NCBI RefSeq assembly: GCF_009914755.1
Contig: NC_060943.1
Length of the DNA: 64,000 nt
DNA from: the human T2T-CHM13v2.0 reference genome, Homo sapiens
Strand: one strand, 5' to 3'
The notes under the pieces are model-generated. The model saw only the letters and a list, made by a program, of their open reading frames with translations. It was not told the origin of the DNA and made no database searches. Below are positions 44,383 to 62,913 of this stretch, piece after piece (the stretch's first letter is position 1; each line of letters begins with the position of its first letter). The position numbers and the translations under genes were made by a program.

Positions 44383-45287
44383 AGGAGGCTGGGGCAAGGG
44401 TCCCAGCAGGAGAGGACGAGGTCTGAGTGGCTGCTAGAGCTATGGGAGTAGAGAGGAGAGGAAGGAGAGGCAGAAGGAATAGAACTTGGAGACAGATAGG
44501 CTGTGAGGGTCAGGTGTGCCTGTGGTCAAGGCAATCATGTCCTCCATCCCGCTGAGATAAAATTGCCAGCTGGAAATGGAAGACAGCTTGATGGGAGAGA
44601 AGCAGATGTGAAGATGCCAGGAGGGGGTCAGGGCCCCTAGAACTGAGTAAGACTATTTCAATCTGGACTGTTTTAATTGCTAATAACGGAAACGCAAATC
44701 AAATTGACCTAAGCATAAAAGGAAGTTTATTGATTGGATGAGGGCTTCAGGCATTGCTGGATCCAGGTGTTCCAATCATCTCCAGGAATCCAACTGTCTG
44801 TATCTTTGGGCTATGCTTCCCTCGTGTTGTCTTTGCTCTCAGGCAAGTTATCTCCCTGCATGGTGATGTGGTAGCACCGAGAGCTCCAACCCTGGCTCTG
44901 ACCAGCCCCAAAACCACAGGGGAAAAACCCTGTTTTCTAACAGGTCCAGCAAAAGTCCAAAGGTTGACTTTGTAGCCTAGATTGATTCTTAAGCTCGCCA
45001 CTGAACAAATCACTGAGGAAATCAAGGTGCCACCACCTAGAACGAATACTTAGTAAGCAGGAACAACAGACAGTCCAGAGACCATCTGGATGTGGAGAAA
45101 GAGGAAGAGAAAGAGATACAAGTAACAGAGACAAAGACTGCAAGGACAGACAAAACAAATAAGCGAAGGTCCAGCTTCCTCTCCCACAATTCCTGCAGAG
45201 AGCTCTGCAGACCCAGAGAAAGGGATGCTGAACAGGCACCTACACGGCTAGACCCCTTCTCTCTAGCACGAGAGGCCCCGTGAGACC

Positions 45288-45435
45288 CCAGACCCAGAAG
45301 TCCAGGCCCCCATCCTCTCCTCCCTCAGACCTAGAAGTCCAGACCCCAGGCCCTCCTCCGTCAGACCCAGGAGTCCAGACCCCAGGCCCTCCTCCCTCAG
45401 ACCCAGGAATCCAGGCCCCCACCCCTCCCCCTCCC
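45288..45435. repeat. MSR1 minisatellite (~4 units) upstream of C19orf81
   Basis: CCCTCCTCCCTCAGACCCAGGAGTCCAGACCCCAGG units. Confidence 0.8.
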
Positions 45436-45691
45436 TCTGGAGGCACCATGGCAACCAGGCCCCCTGCCCACCATCCCCTCCCCACTAGAGAACCCACTTT
45501 CGTTGGAATCTCGCCTGTTTCTAACCAGTTCCTGGCTGGGGCAGGGATGAGCAGAGGGCAAGTGGGAACAGAAAGGGGATGACAGAGGGGAGGGGGCCTC
45601 AAGGGGGCAGTGGAGGCAGCTAGGAGAGGATAGAGATGGGGCAAGGAGACTGGTGAGAGGTGGGAAGACAGAGAGAGGGTGACGGGGTTAG

Positions 45692-46351
<660 letters not shown>

Positions 46352-47193
46352 TGAAAGCCATCCCTAGCATTCCTGGATTCACCAGATTCCTGGAGAGCGG
46401 CCCCCTTGGACCTCAAACTACATTTCCCATGAGCCTCTGCAGTTCCTTGGCCAATGCCCTGGACTCAGAACTACATTTCCCATGAGCCTCTGGGGCCTAA
46501 GCAACACCTCTGAGGCCATTCTTCTCCTAGGTAACCTCACTGTCTTGTCTCCCACCCTGAGCTCAGCATCTTCCCCCAAAGCTGCTCTCCTCCTTCCTGG
46601 TTTCCATTTTCAAATGGCCCCACCGCCAACCCAGTCACTGGTGCCATCCTTCCACCTCCCACAATTCCCTCCCACAGCCCATCAGGCCCTATCTTCCTGC
46701 CCTCTGACTCTCCCTTCCCCATTCCTTCCTCTCTGTCCCCGCAGCCCTGTCCCAGGTCTCATCCTCTTCCATGTGGACCCTCTCCTCACCTCCTCCCTGG
46801 TCCCCAGTTTCTCTCCTCCTACCTATCCCTCCATGGCTCCAGAGAGGTCTCTCTGACTTCCTGCAGTGATCCTGGCTGTCCCTTGCTCATAACACTTCCT
46901 AGCCTCCCGTCACCTCTAGGACAGAGACCCAAAGCTCCAGCCTGGCTTTTGAGGCCCTGTGTGGTCTGACCCCTGCTGACAACTTCAGGCTCCTAGCCCA
47001 GCACTTCCTGCTAGCACTCTGTGCTGTAGCACAGCTCATGCAGTTACACTCATTCAACATTTATGGAGTAGTATCTCAGTGAGGATGCATGTAACTGCAG
47101 GTAATAGAAAACCAAACTCAGGACTGGGTGTGGTGGCTCACGCCTATAATCCCAGCACTTTGGAGGCCGAGGTGAGTGGATCACCTGAGGTCA

Positions 47194-47619
<426 letters not shown>

Positions 47620-49937
47620 CTAGACTGAGGCACCCACGTGACATGTAATTTATATGTAGCTCCAGAAAAGTCAAGTGGAGTTGAGTCGACCAGTTGGCTA
47701 GTTTTGTTGATCGACGTTTGTTCATTTCGATTTTGCTGTTTTCTTTGCAGCGTTGTGGAACCAATCACATTTTTTAGTTGATCAGGTTGCAAACTTCAGC
47801 ATAGGCCATTAGAAAGCCCCTGGGTCCCAAGCATTTTGCCTGTAGTGCCTAATGGATGAAACGGCCTGGCTTGTTCTCATGCTGGGAGAGGAGACGTGAA
47901 ACACGCCATCTCACAGATCATTCATAGCCTCCAATGGCAATAAGCGCTCTTTAGTCTTGGGGCTCAAGGGAATTCTGGGAAGTTCTTGCAGGTGACTCTC
48001 TTCTCTTTTGCTCAAAAACCTTGGCCCATGCTAGGCCCTTCATGGGAAACATCCTTCTCTCTGTCACCTCTTTATTTGGTAAATACCTTCTTATTCTTTA
48101 GGTCTCACTGTGGACACCTCCTCTAGAGAGCCTTCCCTGATTGCCCCTAGACCGGGAGACTGGGCTTTCCCTCCACCTTGTAACACTTTCATTGAAACAC
48201 ACATTGCCCTTTATCTGAGAGTTCTGAAAGGGCAGAGGTGTGTCTCATTCATCTCTTGGTCCCCAGCATCCTCCAAGGCACACAGGGGCCCTCTGAGATG
48301 CCTGTTAAAAAAATTTAACCAGCTACTTGGGAGGCTGAGACAGGAAGATCCCTTAAGCCCAGGAGTTCCTGGCTGCAGTGAGCTATGACTGCACCATGAC
48401 CCTCCAACCTGGGCAACACAGTGAGACTCTGTCACCAAAGGAAAAAAAAAAAAGCTTGAAATGGTTGCATTTCCTCAATTTTTCAATAAGTACTTATTTT
48501 TAAGTTTATGCTTATGTTAATTTAATTACACATATACATTTAAATGTATTAAATACATTTACATATATTAAAATCACTGTTGTAACTAGAAATAGTTCTT
48601 ATTTCTAATGTCATATTTCATGAGAAACTATTGTATTCACATTTTTTCACATGCATCTTTGATGCTGCTAGAGTTACTTTTTGATTCATTTAACGCTTGT
48701 ACAAGGCTATTTTTTAAAATTAATTTATTGTGTTGAGACAGGGACTCACTTTGTAACCTAGGCTGGCATGAATTGACACCATTGTAGCTCACTGCAGACT
48801 CAAAATCCTGGGCTCAAGCGATCCTCCTGCCTCAGCCTCCCAAAGTGCCGGGATGATAGGTGTGAACCACCATGCCCGGCCTATAATTATTTTTGAATAT
48901 CATCTCATACCTAGTACATATTTAAATTTCCCTAATTATCTCAAAATTGTATTTTTTTATAGTTGGCTTGTTTAAATTAGGGCCCAAACAAAGTGCACAC
49001 ATTTCAGGCTTTATTCAATAAATACTAAGGACAACTATAAGCCTGGCACTTTGCTAGATGCTGGGGACGAAAACACAAGTCCCTGCCCTTACGTTGCTCA
49101 GAAGACGTAGGGAAGACAGAGTGTAATTAGGGAATCATAGAAATAAAGGTAAAATTGCAATACTATGAGTACAAACATACTGTGCTATGAGGAATGGCAT
49201 CAGTGGACCCTCAGGGAGACTTGATTAGCCAAATGAGGGGGAAGAGAGATCCACGCAGAGTTACAGCATTGGCCAAGATCCTGCAGCAGGAGGGGTCAGA
49301 GAGTCCAAGTCGCAGAAAAACAGCGTTTTTGGACTGCAGCAGGTGAAAAGGACGATTGTGCTTGATCAGGTTTAAGACACTAGCACGGTCTGATCACGTG
49401 TGGTCTTATGGTCACTGGAAGGACTTTGGACTTTATTCATCCCACAGACAATGAAAAGTCCTGGGAGGGTTTTGAGGAAGGGGCCATAGGGTCAGGTCTA
49501 CATGTCAAAATCCTGCCTTGCTGGGGTAACTGGAGAGCGAGAGGAGTTAGGAGACCAGGTGAGAGTGAGGTGAGAGGAAGGCACCTGGGGAGATTGAGAA
49601 CACGCACACTGGATCCAGATGCTTACATTTTTATCCTTATTCTATCATTTTGTGCTGTGTGACTTTGGGCAAGTCACTTAACCTCTCTGTGCTTCTGTTT
49701 CATCATATGTTAAACAACACTACCTCGGAAGGTTGTTGTGAGGATGCAATGGAAAGTATTTTATTCTATTCTATTTTATTTTATTTTGGCACTAGAGTCT
49801 TGCTTTGTCGCCCAGGATGCAGTGCAGTGGCACGATCCCGGCTCACTGCAATCTCTGCCTCCAGGGTTCAAGCAATTCTCCTGCCTCAGCCTCCGGAGTA
49901 CCTGAGACTACAGGTGCGCGCTACCATGCCCGCCTAA

Positions 49938-50105
<168 letters not shown>

Positions 50106-50410
50106 TAAAAGGGACAGTAAGCACATAGTTATATTGTTAAGTGGACAGACTTGAGGAGGGGATGGCTGTGTTTGAGGGATGGAGGGAGGCCGGTATGACT
50201 GGAAGAAAATAATGAGGGTAGGTATTTCTGGAAGGGGATCCCGTGAAAATGTAGATTTGAATCCAGTAGGTCTGGGGGTGGGCCCTGGAGTAAGTGTCTA
50301 CCGCACGTGTGTGTGTGAGAGTGTGCAGGAGAGCCCGTTGTGAAACATATACCAGCACACCACTGACTATAGTTAAACCAAGTTGAATGTGTTGACTTAT
50401 TGTAATGAGA

Positions 50411-50415
<5 letters not shown>

Positions 50416-50466
<51 letters not shown>
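50416..50466. repeat. (CA)~25 microsatellite
   Basis: Pure CA run. Confidence 0.95.
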
Positions 50467-50469
<3 letters not shown>

Positions 50470-50905
50470 GTCTCAGTAGAAGGGTGTTAGCAAGGACTTA
50501 TTGTTAGAGCCGGGCTGTGTCAGGTGACTTTGGGGAGGGTTCACGGGGGTGGGGCTTTGCTCTGGATGGGAGACTGATGGAAAGCACAGGCAAGCCCATG
50601 ACTGGGAATCTTCATCTCATTGGGAACCAGGAGGGGTAGATGGAGCTAATGCTGGGGTTAATGAAAAAGCAGCCGTCGGCTCTGAGCTGGGAGGGGGGGA
50701 TTTTGGTCATTTTTGTGGTTTGGACAATGTTCATGTTTGTTGTGTTGAGACATGATTCAGGGGTGGTCTTGTTTTTGTCTCAGTCCATCACGGTCACAGA
50801 GTGGCCTTGCTTGATGTTGGTGTTACGGGAAATGTTTTATGTTCGGCAGGAGAGCACCAGGGCCGGGCTGTCAGTGTCTGCTTCCCTCCCTTTCAGCAGC
50901 TATAA

Positions 50906-51250
<345 letters not shown>

Positions 51251-51261
51251 TGACCTCGTGA

Positions 51262-51522
<261 letters not shown>

Positions 51523-52156
51523 TAAAAATTTTTTTTTGTAGAGATAGGGTGTTGCTATGTTACCTGCCTCAGCTGGTCAAGAACCAGAATTGTATTTCTC
51601 TCTTGTGTAATGAAAGGCAGGGTTGTGGGACATCTTGGCTTGGTGAGAAGATTTAGAGATAAGAGTTCCTCCCATACTGTTGCTTGCCATATCTGAACAT
51701 GGTGGAGGCTGGGTTATTGCTAATCCACATTCCAGTCCAAGAGAAAGGGCAGAGTCCAAGAAAAGCAGTAATCTTTTAAGCAAATGACTCCAAAGTTACA
51801 CCTCTCACTCCAGCTAACACTTCATTGGTGAGAGCATGGTCACATGGCCACACTTAGCTGCAAGGGAGTCTGGGAACTGTTGTCTCTAGCTGGGAAGCCA
51901 TGTGCTGGGTAAAACTCTAGGATTGTAGGGGAAGGGGAAAATGGAGTACATGGAACAACTAGCACTTGGCCATAAGAGAGAGACCAGTTAGCTGATGGTG
52001 GGGTGGTCAAAAAGGGTCCATATTTGAGAACTGTTATCTGTGAAGTTCCAATCAGGAGACTGATTCTGAGAGTGTTGGAAAAACTGAAAACTGGGCTGGG
52101 CATAGTGGCTTATGCCTGTAATCCCAGCATTTTGGGAGGACGAGGCAGGAGGATCA

Positions 52157-52534
<378 letters not shown>

Positions 52535-52641
52535 TTAGGCAGAGCCTAATAGGAACCCAGCTGTTGAAGGAGAAATGTGGTTAGTAGAGTCTCAACCCAG
52601 GCATCACAGAGCCGGTGTCATGGGGTGGAGTTTGGAGCTAA

Positions 52642-52848
<207 letters not shown>

Positions 52849-52915
52849 TGAGTTGTCCCTGGCCCCCATGACCTCTATCTTCCGCCTCCCCAAATGTGAT
52901 GGCAGTGAACCCTGA

Positions 52916-53134
<219 letters not shown>

Positions 53135-53378
53135 TGAGAAGCAGTGTGGCCAGAGTTTAAATTCAGGCTTTTGGCTTATAAGCTGTGGGCTTGCCACCAG
53201 GACAGTTTGCTGAAAACTGATTGTGAATTTGTCAAAGGGTCAGTCATGAAATCTACTGCTCATGTCAGAGGGGAGACCAACGGGCAAAGAAAGGGGAGGC
53301 TGAGGGGGGCAGGGAGGGAGGACAAAAGGAGTCCTACTAATCCACTTCTGTAAAGTTTACAAATATAACAAAAACTCA

Positions 53379-53790
<412 letters not shown>

Positions 53791-54659
53791 TCAGTAAACT
53801 GGTCCTCCCTGCCTTCAATCAGAAGAGGTATATATGAGAGTCCCAGGCACTCAACAATTGACTGAGAAGAGCTGATGTCAATAGGTGCTTACTGTGTGCC
53901 AGGCACAGGCCTCCAAGGTACCCTCTCAGCTAATCCGTGTAACTCTCCACCCTGCATACAGGGATTGCTGTCCTCGTTTTAGGGATCAGTCTCCACCCCA
54001 TCACTCCACTTCTTTGTGGCTTTGAGCAAGGGACTCTCCAGCCTCCCCTCTCACCCCAGTCAAGGAATGACTTTCTGGAAGTGACATCATTTTTCAGTGA
54101 AATCGTGAAAATTTTCATTTCATTTTAGTTCCTCAGCAATTTTATGTGCTATGACAACTGTTATCACCCTTGACATGCTAATCACGTGATGCAACTGTGT
54201 TTAGTGATCAGTCCACGTTTCTGAATGTTAAATAGATTGACAAGACATCAAAACCCCTATGACCCTTATCTTTTGACTACTGAACATTCTTAAAATGCTA
54301 ATACGAATATAAAAGGAAAGGTGTGTAACTTAAATCCTGGCAGAAATTTTCAAGAACTTTCAGGCGCATCCATTGCAAATTGCTGGGAAAGTTTTTGGTA
54401 GATTCGTAAAGTTGGCTAAGTTGGTGAATCATTCAGCCAACTGTTCATTGACTTTGGGGCAAATTGGCTTGGTGAGAATTGATTTTTTTGGAGAATGACC
54501 TAGAGTGATAGTAGATGCTTTCCCATCTGAGAGATAATCTGTCGTCTCCTTTGACCATAGCGACAGTACCCTGGGATTAAGAGCGATCCTTGCCCCTCAA
54601 ATGCCACCTGGAACTCTGTGGCAGGTTCTGCAGGTGGGGTCTAGGGTGGTGACTTCTGA

Positions 54660-54854
<195 letters not shown>

Positions 54855-54889
54855 TGAGTAAGCGGCGGGGGCGGGGCCTGGAGCGAGCG

Positions 54890-55180
54890 GGAGGGGCGGG
54901 GCCCGGGGCGACCGGGTAAGAGCGTGGTTGGTTTTAGAGCGCTGAGGGACGTGGCCAAGAGTGAAAGCATGAATGGGCGGGGCCCGGGGCGACTAGATAA
55001 GAGCGTGGTTGGTGTAAGGGTGCTGAGGGGCGGGCCCCGGAGCCACTAGATAAGAGCGTGGTTGGTGTAAGGGTGTTGTGAGGCGGGGCGACAGTGGAGT
55101 GACAGCTTGGGGGGGCGGGGCCAGGAGGGACTAGATAAGAGCGAGATTGGTGCAGAGCCACTGAGGGGCGGGGCCAAGAG
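54890..55180. repeat. Four ~53-bp GC-box/GATA units in C19orf81 intron 4
   Basis: GGGCGGGGCC...ACTAGATAAGAGCGTGGTTGGTG recurs. Confidence 0.8.
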
Positions 55181-55483
55181 TGAGCGCGGTTGGAGGTAAG
55201 GTCCGGTGAGATCAGAGAGAAGGAGGGATCTCGAGTGAGTAGGGGCCCGAGTTTGAGTGACCCAGTAGTGACCGGGATAGAGGTCTGAGCCTGGAAAGGC
55301 AGCTGTGAGGGGGTGGAAGAGACTGAGCACATAGTAGGTGTGGGGCCAGGGGTGATAGGGTGGGGACAGGCCTGGAGTGCCTAGGGTAGAGCGCAGCCTG
55401 CAGTCGCCAGTGGAGGGTCGGGCCTTTGGGCGGTTTGAGATGGAGCCTCGACAGACAGTGATTAGGACGCAGAACCAGGCTAA

Positions 55484-55867
<384 letters not shown>

Positions 55868-55984
55868 CGCCCGGGCGGGCCCCGGCAGCGCTTGCGCACC
55901 GCCCCGCGGGCTGGGGCCACCCACCCGGAGCCCCGGAGGACAGGGGGCGTTGCCTTCCCAGGAAGGAGGCGGGGCCGGCTCGAG

Positions 55985-58689
55985 GGGGTGGATACTGTGA
56001 GTTTAATTATAAAGAATGACCTGGTACAAAAGCCATTTCTCTCTGCAAAATCTTGGTGGGGAGTCAGGGGAAGGGAGGTGATGGGGGGTAGGAATGAACC
56101 CCCATGTTATAATCCCGCGTCCCTAATCTTCCTCCAGTCCCTGTACGTGGACGCCTGGGTCCCAATCCCTTGAGGGATGAACTGAAGCCCGCGAAAGGGA
56201 AGACCTGGGCACCGGGGCTTTCAGCGCGTGCCGAGCCCTGTCTCAGCGAGAATCAGACGTCCTCATCCGCCCCCCTCCTCTTCCCCTCCCACCCCCCCTT
56301 GGAAGACAATTCTCGGGCTTTTATTTCAGGTTTTTTTTCTGGATTTTTTTGTGTGTTCTAGGGGTTTTGTGTTTTTTTTTTCTGTTTTTTATATTTTCTT
56401 CTTTTGTTATTGTTCCTCTTTTTGCTTTTTCTCTCCTCTCCACCCCGCGCTGTCCCCGCATTCGGTCCCTCCCCACTCCCCACCCCGACCTCTCCTCCCC
56501 CCCCCACCCCCTACACCCTCCCCAACCCCGCGGCACCCATCCAGAATGAACGAGCCCTTGATAGACGGGCGCCGCGCCGGCCCCCTGCGGACTGGGGGCA
56601 TCCGACAAGGGGGAGGGGGCGGGTAGGGGTCCAGCGCGGCCTCTGCCCCTCTCTCACCACCCCTCCCCCCTCCCACGACCCTCCCACGAGGTTCCCCGCA
56701 GATCCCTGACATGGTGAGGGGAGGGGGCTTGCAGCCCCCTCCCCTCATGGACGGAGCGCCCCCCCCTCTCGGGGGTAGGGGGCAGCAGAGGGGGAATGGG
56801 CTTGGGGAAGGAGGGGGAGCTCCCTTCTTTGGCAGCTGAACATGGGGGGGGGACCTGAGGGCAACGCCCTCCCCCCTTTACCCACAGCAGGGGAGGGGGC
56901 TTTTCAGGGGGAGGGGTGGCTTAACATTCCCAAGCCCCGGGAATAAGCGGAGAGAGGAAGCGTGCGGGAAGGAACAGCCATGCTGGAGGGAGAGGGAGCT
57001 TCTTGGAGTGGACAGGTTAGGAGAGGGCAATCTTCGTGCAAAAGGGATGGACAGATGGCCCAGGAAAGACAGAAGAGGGAGGATGTGAGGAAGGGTGAGG
57101 GCTGGAGGCAGGGAGAGGCTCGAGTGTGGAAGCATGGTGAGCAGGAAGCCAGTGTGCATAGGGTCTTCTCTCACCAGGAAGAGAAAGAGCTTAAGGAGGT
57201 AAGAGAATCCGAATGAGAATGGCCGCAAGAGCTGCTTGTCAACAGGAATAAAAAATAAGCGTGTCAGGAAAAGAAATGACAGTTACAGCCCAAGAGTGCA
57301 TGGAATGAGATGAGTGTGCAAAAGGAAAGAAGTGGTAGAGCTCTCATCCAGGTAGAAAAGACAAGATGCGGTGTGCAGCCATGTCATGGTGCGCAAGAAC
57401 ATTATTAAAGGGGAGAAACAAGGCTTCCGGAGAGCACTGAAAATGCTGGGGGGGGGGGCGCGTGTGCAAAAGCAAGTGTGCAAGAGGGTTCACAAAAGAA
57501 TCAAAAATGCAGAAGGGCAAAGATTTCAAACAGAAAGGGGCAAGGGAGTGGGAGCCTGGCAAAGAAGAAGAGAATGAGCATGTGTGAGAGAAACAGTTTC
57601 TGGGAGGCAAGTGTGCAAAAGGCGTGACCAAAAGTGACGGTGCAAAAGGGGCAAGAGGGAAGGCGGGGGGTGGGGGGCTAGGAGTGTCATGGTGAGAGGG
57701 GAGAGTTGGGGAGTGGAAGAATCTGGGGTTTTTAAGAATAAGAAGGGAAAGTGCTTCAACGTAAGAAAATGGAGGTAAGAGTGTGTCAGGAGGGGTGCAT
57801 AAGATAGCAAGTGTGCAAGGGCTGAGCAAAGAGCAGGGCACTCCAGAGAATGAATGATGTGCATGGAGTCTGTGAGGGGGAGGGAAAATGTGTCCCAAGT
57901 GTGTCTGCAACAAGGGTCCAGAGCGAGCGGGGAGGAGGAGATGTGAAATGGAGTGTGTAAAGGAGGGCCCTGGTAGGGGAAAAGTGTGTAAGCAGCAAGA
58001 AGCAGAGAAGGAGGCATGGAGCGTGAGAAAGGAAATGCAGCGTGTGCGAGGAGAGCAGAGTGTATTTGAGCGGGCCTCGCCAGCCAGAAGCAAAGGCAGA
58101 ATGTGCAAGACAGCGAGAGGGCAAATTTGTGCAAAATTGCAGCCCGGGGACGGGAGGGGAGAGAGGTGAGCAGGCGTGCAACGGAGCGTGCAAGAGGCTG
58201 AGGGGGGCAGCTGTGTGTGCTGGGGAGAGGGGAAGGGGGGAGAGCTGAGGGGCCTGGAGAGAGTGGGAAGGGTTGTTAGAGGGGTGGCAGGTGGTGGAAT
58301 CCGAGGGCACCCCCTTCCCCTGCGGCCTGGGGGACAGTCCCCATCCAATCGGGCTCAGGGCTGACCCTCTATGGCTCTGTCTATCCCCTCCCCCCAGAAT
58401 AGGCCCTTCCCTCCTTCTCAATTCCCCTCTGTAATTTCTCCTATCCCCCCTCCGCTCCCCGCTTCACACACACACACACACTCTTGTGTCAGCTGCCCCC
58501 CTTCAGTGAGGTGCAAATGTCCGGCCTGGATTGGGCCACCTGGTGACCTCTGGCCTTGGGAGATGAGGGCAGGGCGCAGTTTGAACAGAGTCCCTGGCCC
58601 GGGGAGAGAATGACAGTCAGGGGTCAGAGGTCAAGAGGCCAGCAGGCTCAAGAGTTCTGTGGACGGGGCTGGTCCGTCCAGGCCAGCCA
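55985..58689 (-). other. SHANK1: SHANK1 3'UTR
   Basis: Follows the SHANK1 stop codon and contains no recognisable transposons. Minus-strand AATAAA at 56325-56320 and ATTAAA at 56007-56002. Confidence 0.75.
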
Positions 58690-59407
58690 TCACCTCTCCA
58701 GGAAGAATTTGAGAGCCCGGTCGATGTTCATGCGGTGGCCCACCCTGGTCACACCTAGATCGACGTAGTCCTCCTTGGTCAAGGCGGGCAGGTGGGAGCC
58801 ATCGATCTCGTGGTCCAGGAACTGGGCTCGGTGCTCCGCCAAACCCAGCCACTCCAGCCAATCAGCCACGTCGAACTTGGTCCAGAACCCCAGAGGTTTA
58901 GCGCCAAACGGCTTGTCCGGGGGCAGCGAGAGCAGGCGGGTCGGTGAGAGGGAGCGCGAGGCCCCTGACAAGGCTCCCCCGAGCCCCCCGGATATCCCCG
59001 GGTGTGGCGGCACAAAGACTGGGGCGAAGGGGTCAGCCGAGCCTCCTGCCCCTCCAGTTGGGGAGCCACGGATGTCAAAGAGGCCTGGGTAGAGGGGTCC
59101 GGAAGGCAGGATGGGCAGGGACGAGGGCCTGGGCGCAGGGCTGACCTTGTGCTCCGAGGCGGGCAGCAGCGAGGGGCTGGGGGCCCGGCGGAGCAGAGGG
59201 GGCCGCATCTCGAACTCCACGCCCTGGAGGTGGCGGGTGGACGTGGAGGAGGAGGAGGCTGAGGGTGAGGTGGCCCCTGGGGCCGCAGCGGCTGTAGGGG
59301 AGACCCCTGTTCCGGTGGGGAGTGGCGGCAGAGGTGGTTTGGGCCAGTTCTGAAACAGGCTGCTGACAGGCTTGGAGAGGAGTGAGGACTGGGAGTCGTC
59401 GGAGAGT
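58690..59407 (-). CDS. SHANK1: SHANK1 last coding exon (C-terminal SAM domain)
   Basis: Acceptor TTCCAG|A, encodes WTKFDVADWLEWLGL...HEIDGSHLPALTKEDYVDLGVTRVGHRMNIDRAL, TGA at 58692-58690. Confidence 0.96.
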
Positions 59408-60667
59408 CTGGAATGTGACAAGGGGGCAGTGGGGGAGGACAGGGATTTAGGGGGCAAGGGCAGGGGTGAGAAAGAGGCAGAGGTCAAGATATAGGGAGAG
59501 AGGAGGAGAGACATAAGGGTAGGGGGAGAGACGGAGGAGAGACGGGAAGAAATGGAGGGAGCAAGGGGTAAGACGGCCGGCCGTCGAGGAAAGAAATGAA
59601 GGGAGAGAAAGATGAGAGGACAGGGAGAGGGCGACAGTTAAGAGAGATGAAAGAAAAAGAGACATTAAGTGATAATAATAATAATCGTCACCGCTTACTG
59701 ATGCTCACGTGTGCCAGGCATTGTTCTAAGTGCTTTACATGATTGCATCTCAGTTTAATCCCCACGACAGCCCTGATGCAGGTTACTATTATTATCAGCA
59801 CAGAGAGGTTAAATAACTTGCCTAAGGACACACAGGAAGTGGCAGAGCCCGGTTATATGGCACCAAAGTCTGAGCTCTTCACCACTATTCTATACTGCCT
59901 TTCAGGTTATGGCCAGTCGTAGCAGAGTGAAAGATGGGGAGACAGTGAGAGAGAGACAAAAAGAGGGTGAGCATCCAGGGGAGAGAGATGGAAGGGACAG
60001 GGGACACAGAGAGAGAGAGATGAAGAGAGGGAGATGAAAGAGAGAAGAAACAAGGGGAGAAAAAGGTTCCCCTCATCCCTTTCGTTCCCTCCCCTCCAGC
60101 ACTGTCCCACCTCAGGGCCTTTGAACTGGCTGCTCCCCCTGCCTGGCTCACTCTTGCCCTGGGCAGCTGCTCCCTCTCCACTTTCATTACTCTGCCCACC
60201 TTGCCTGTTACATGAGAGACCTTCTCCACCCATCCCATTGTGGTAGCTTTTTTTGTAGGATGGTTGCAATTATTTTGTTTACTGCCCCGCCCCCACTCCT
60301 ATGTCCCTAGACTATGAGCCCTGTGGAGTTGCACAGTCTTTGCCTGTCCTGTCCAGCAGGGGATCCCATCACCCAGAAGGGCACTCTGCACACATAGGTC
60401 ATGAGTCAATAATTAATGCAATTGTTGACTGAATTAAGCATCCTTCCTGTTGCTGCTACAAGCAGTGGAAAAAAAAAAAAAGAAAAGAAAAAAAAAATCC
60501 TCTTCTCTAACCAGAATACTTAAGAATAGTCAAGGAATTGCATTCAGTTCTTAAAGGCCTAATAAACCCACATTTGTTTGTTTATTTTTACAGCGTAGGA
60601 GCATTGATTCAAGTTGCTCTAATAATATACACTTCCTTTTTCTTTTCTTTCTCTCTCTCTCTCTCTT

Positions 60668-62770
<2,103 letters not shown>

Positions 62771-62913
62771 TATTTGTGAAAGCATGCTTCTGTGACAGCA
62801 AACTCCTGCCAACCTGGTTTCTGTTTCCTTTCTGCCACCCTGAGACCCTAAAGGGACACAGCCATGCCATCAACACCTCTGGCCTCCCTTGTTGGCCACC
62901 AGCCCCCGCTTAC

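Noticed and set aside
54080-54530. AT-rich block resembling an ancient DNA-transposon-like repeat
   Set aside because: No termini or target duplication identifiable by eye. It needs a Dfam search.
57344-58421. 334-aa, 202-aa and 211-aa ORFs in the SHANK1 3'UTR
   Set aside because: Several frames are open because of C/T-rich composition, and no domain is recognisable.
59408-59514. ORF extension upstream of the last SHANK1 exon
   Set aside because: It is the polypyrimidine-rich intron end. The acceptor at 59407 matches the phase of the upstream donor.
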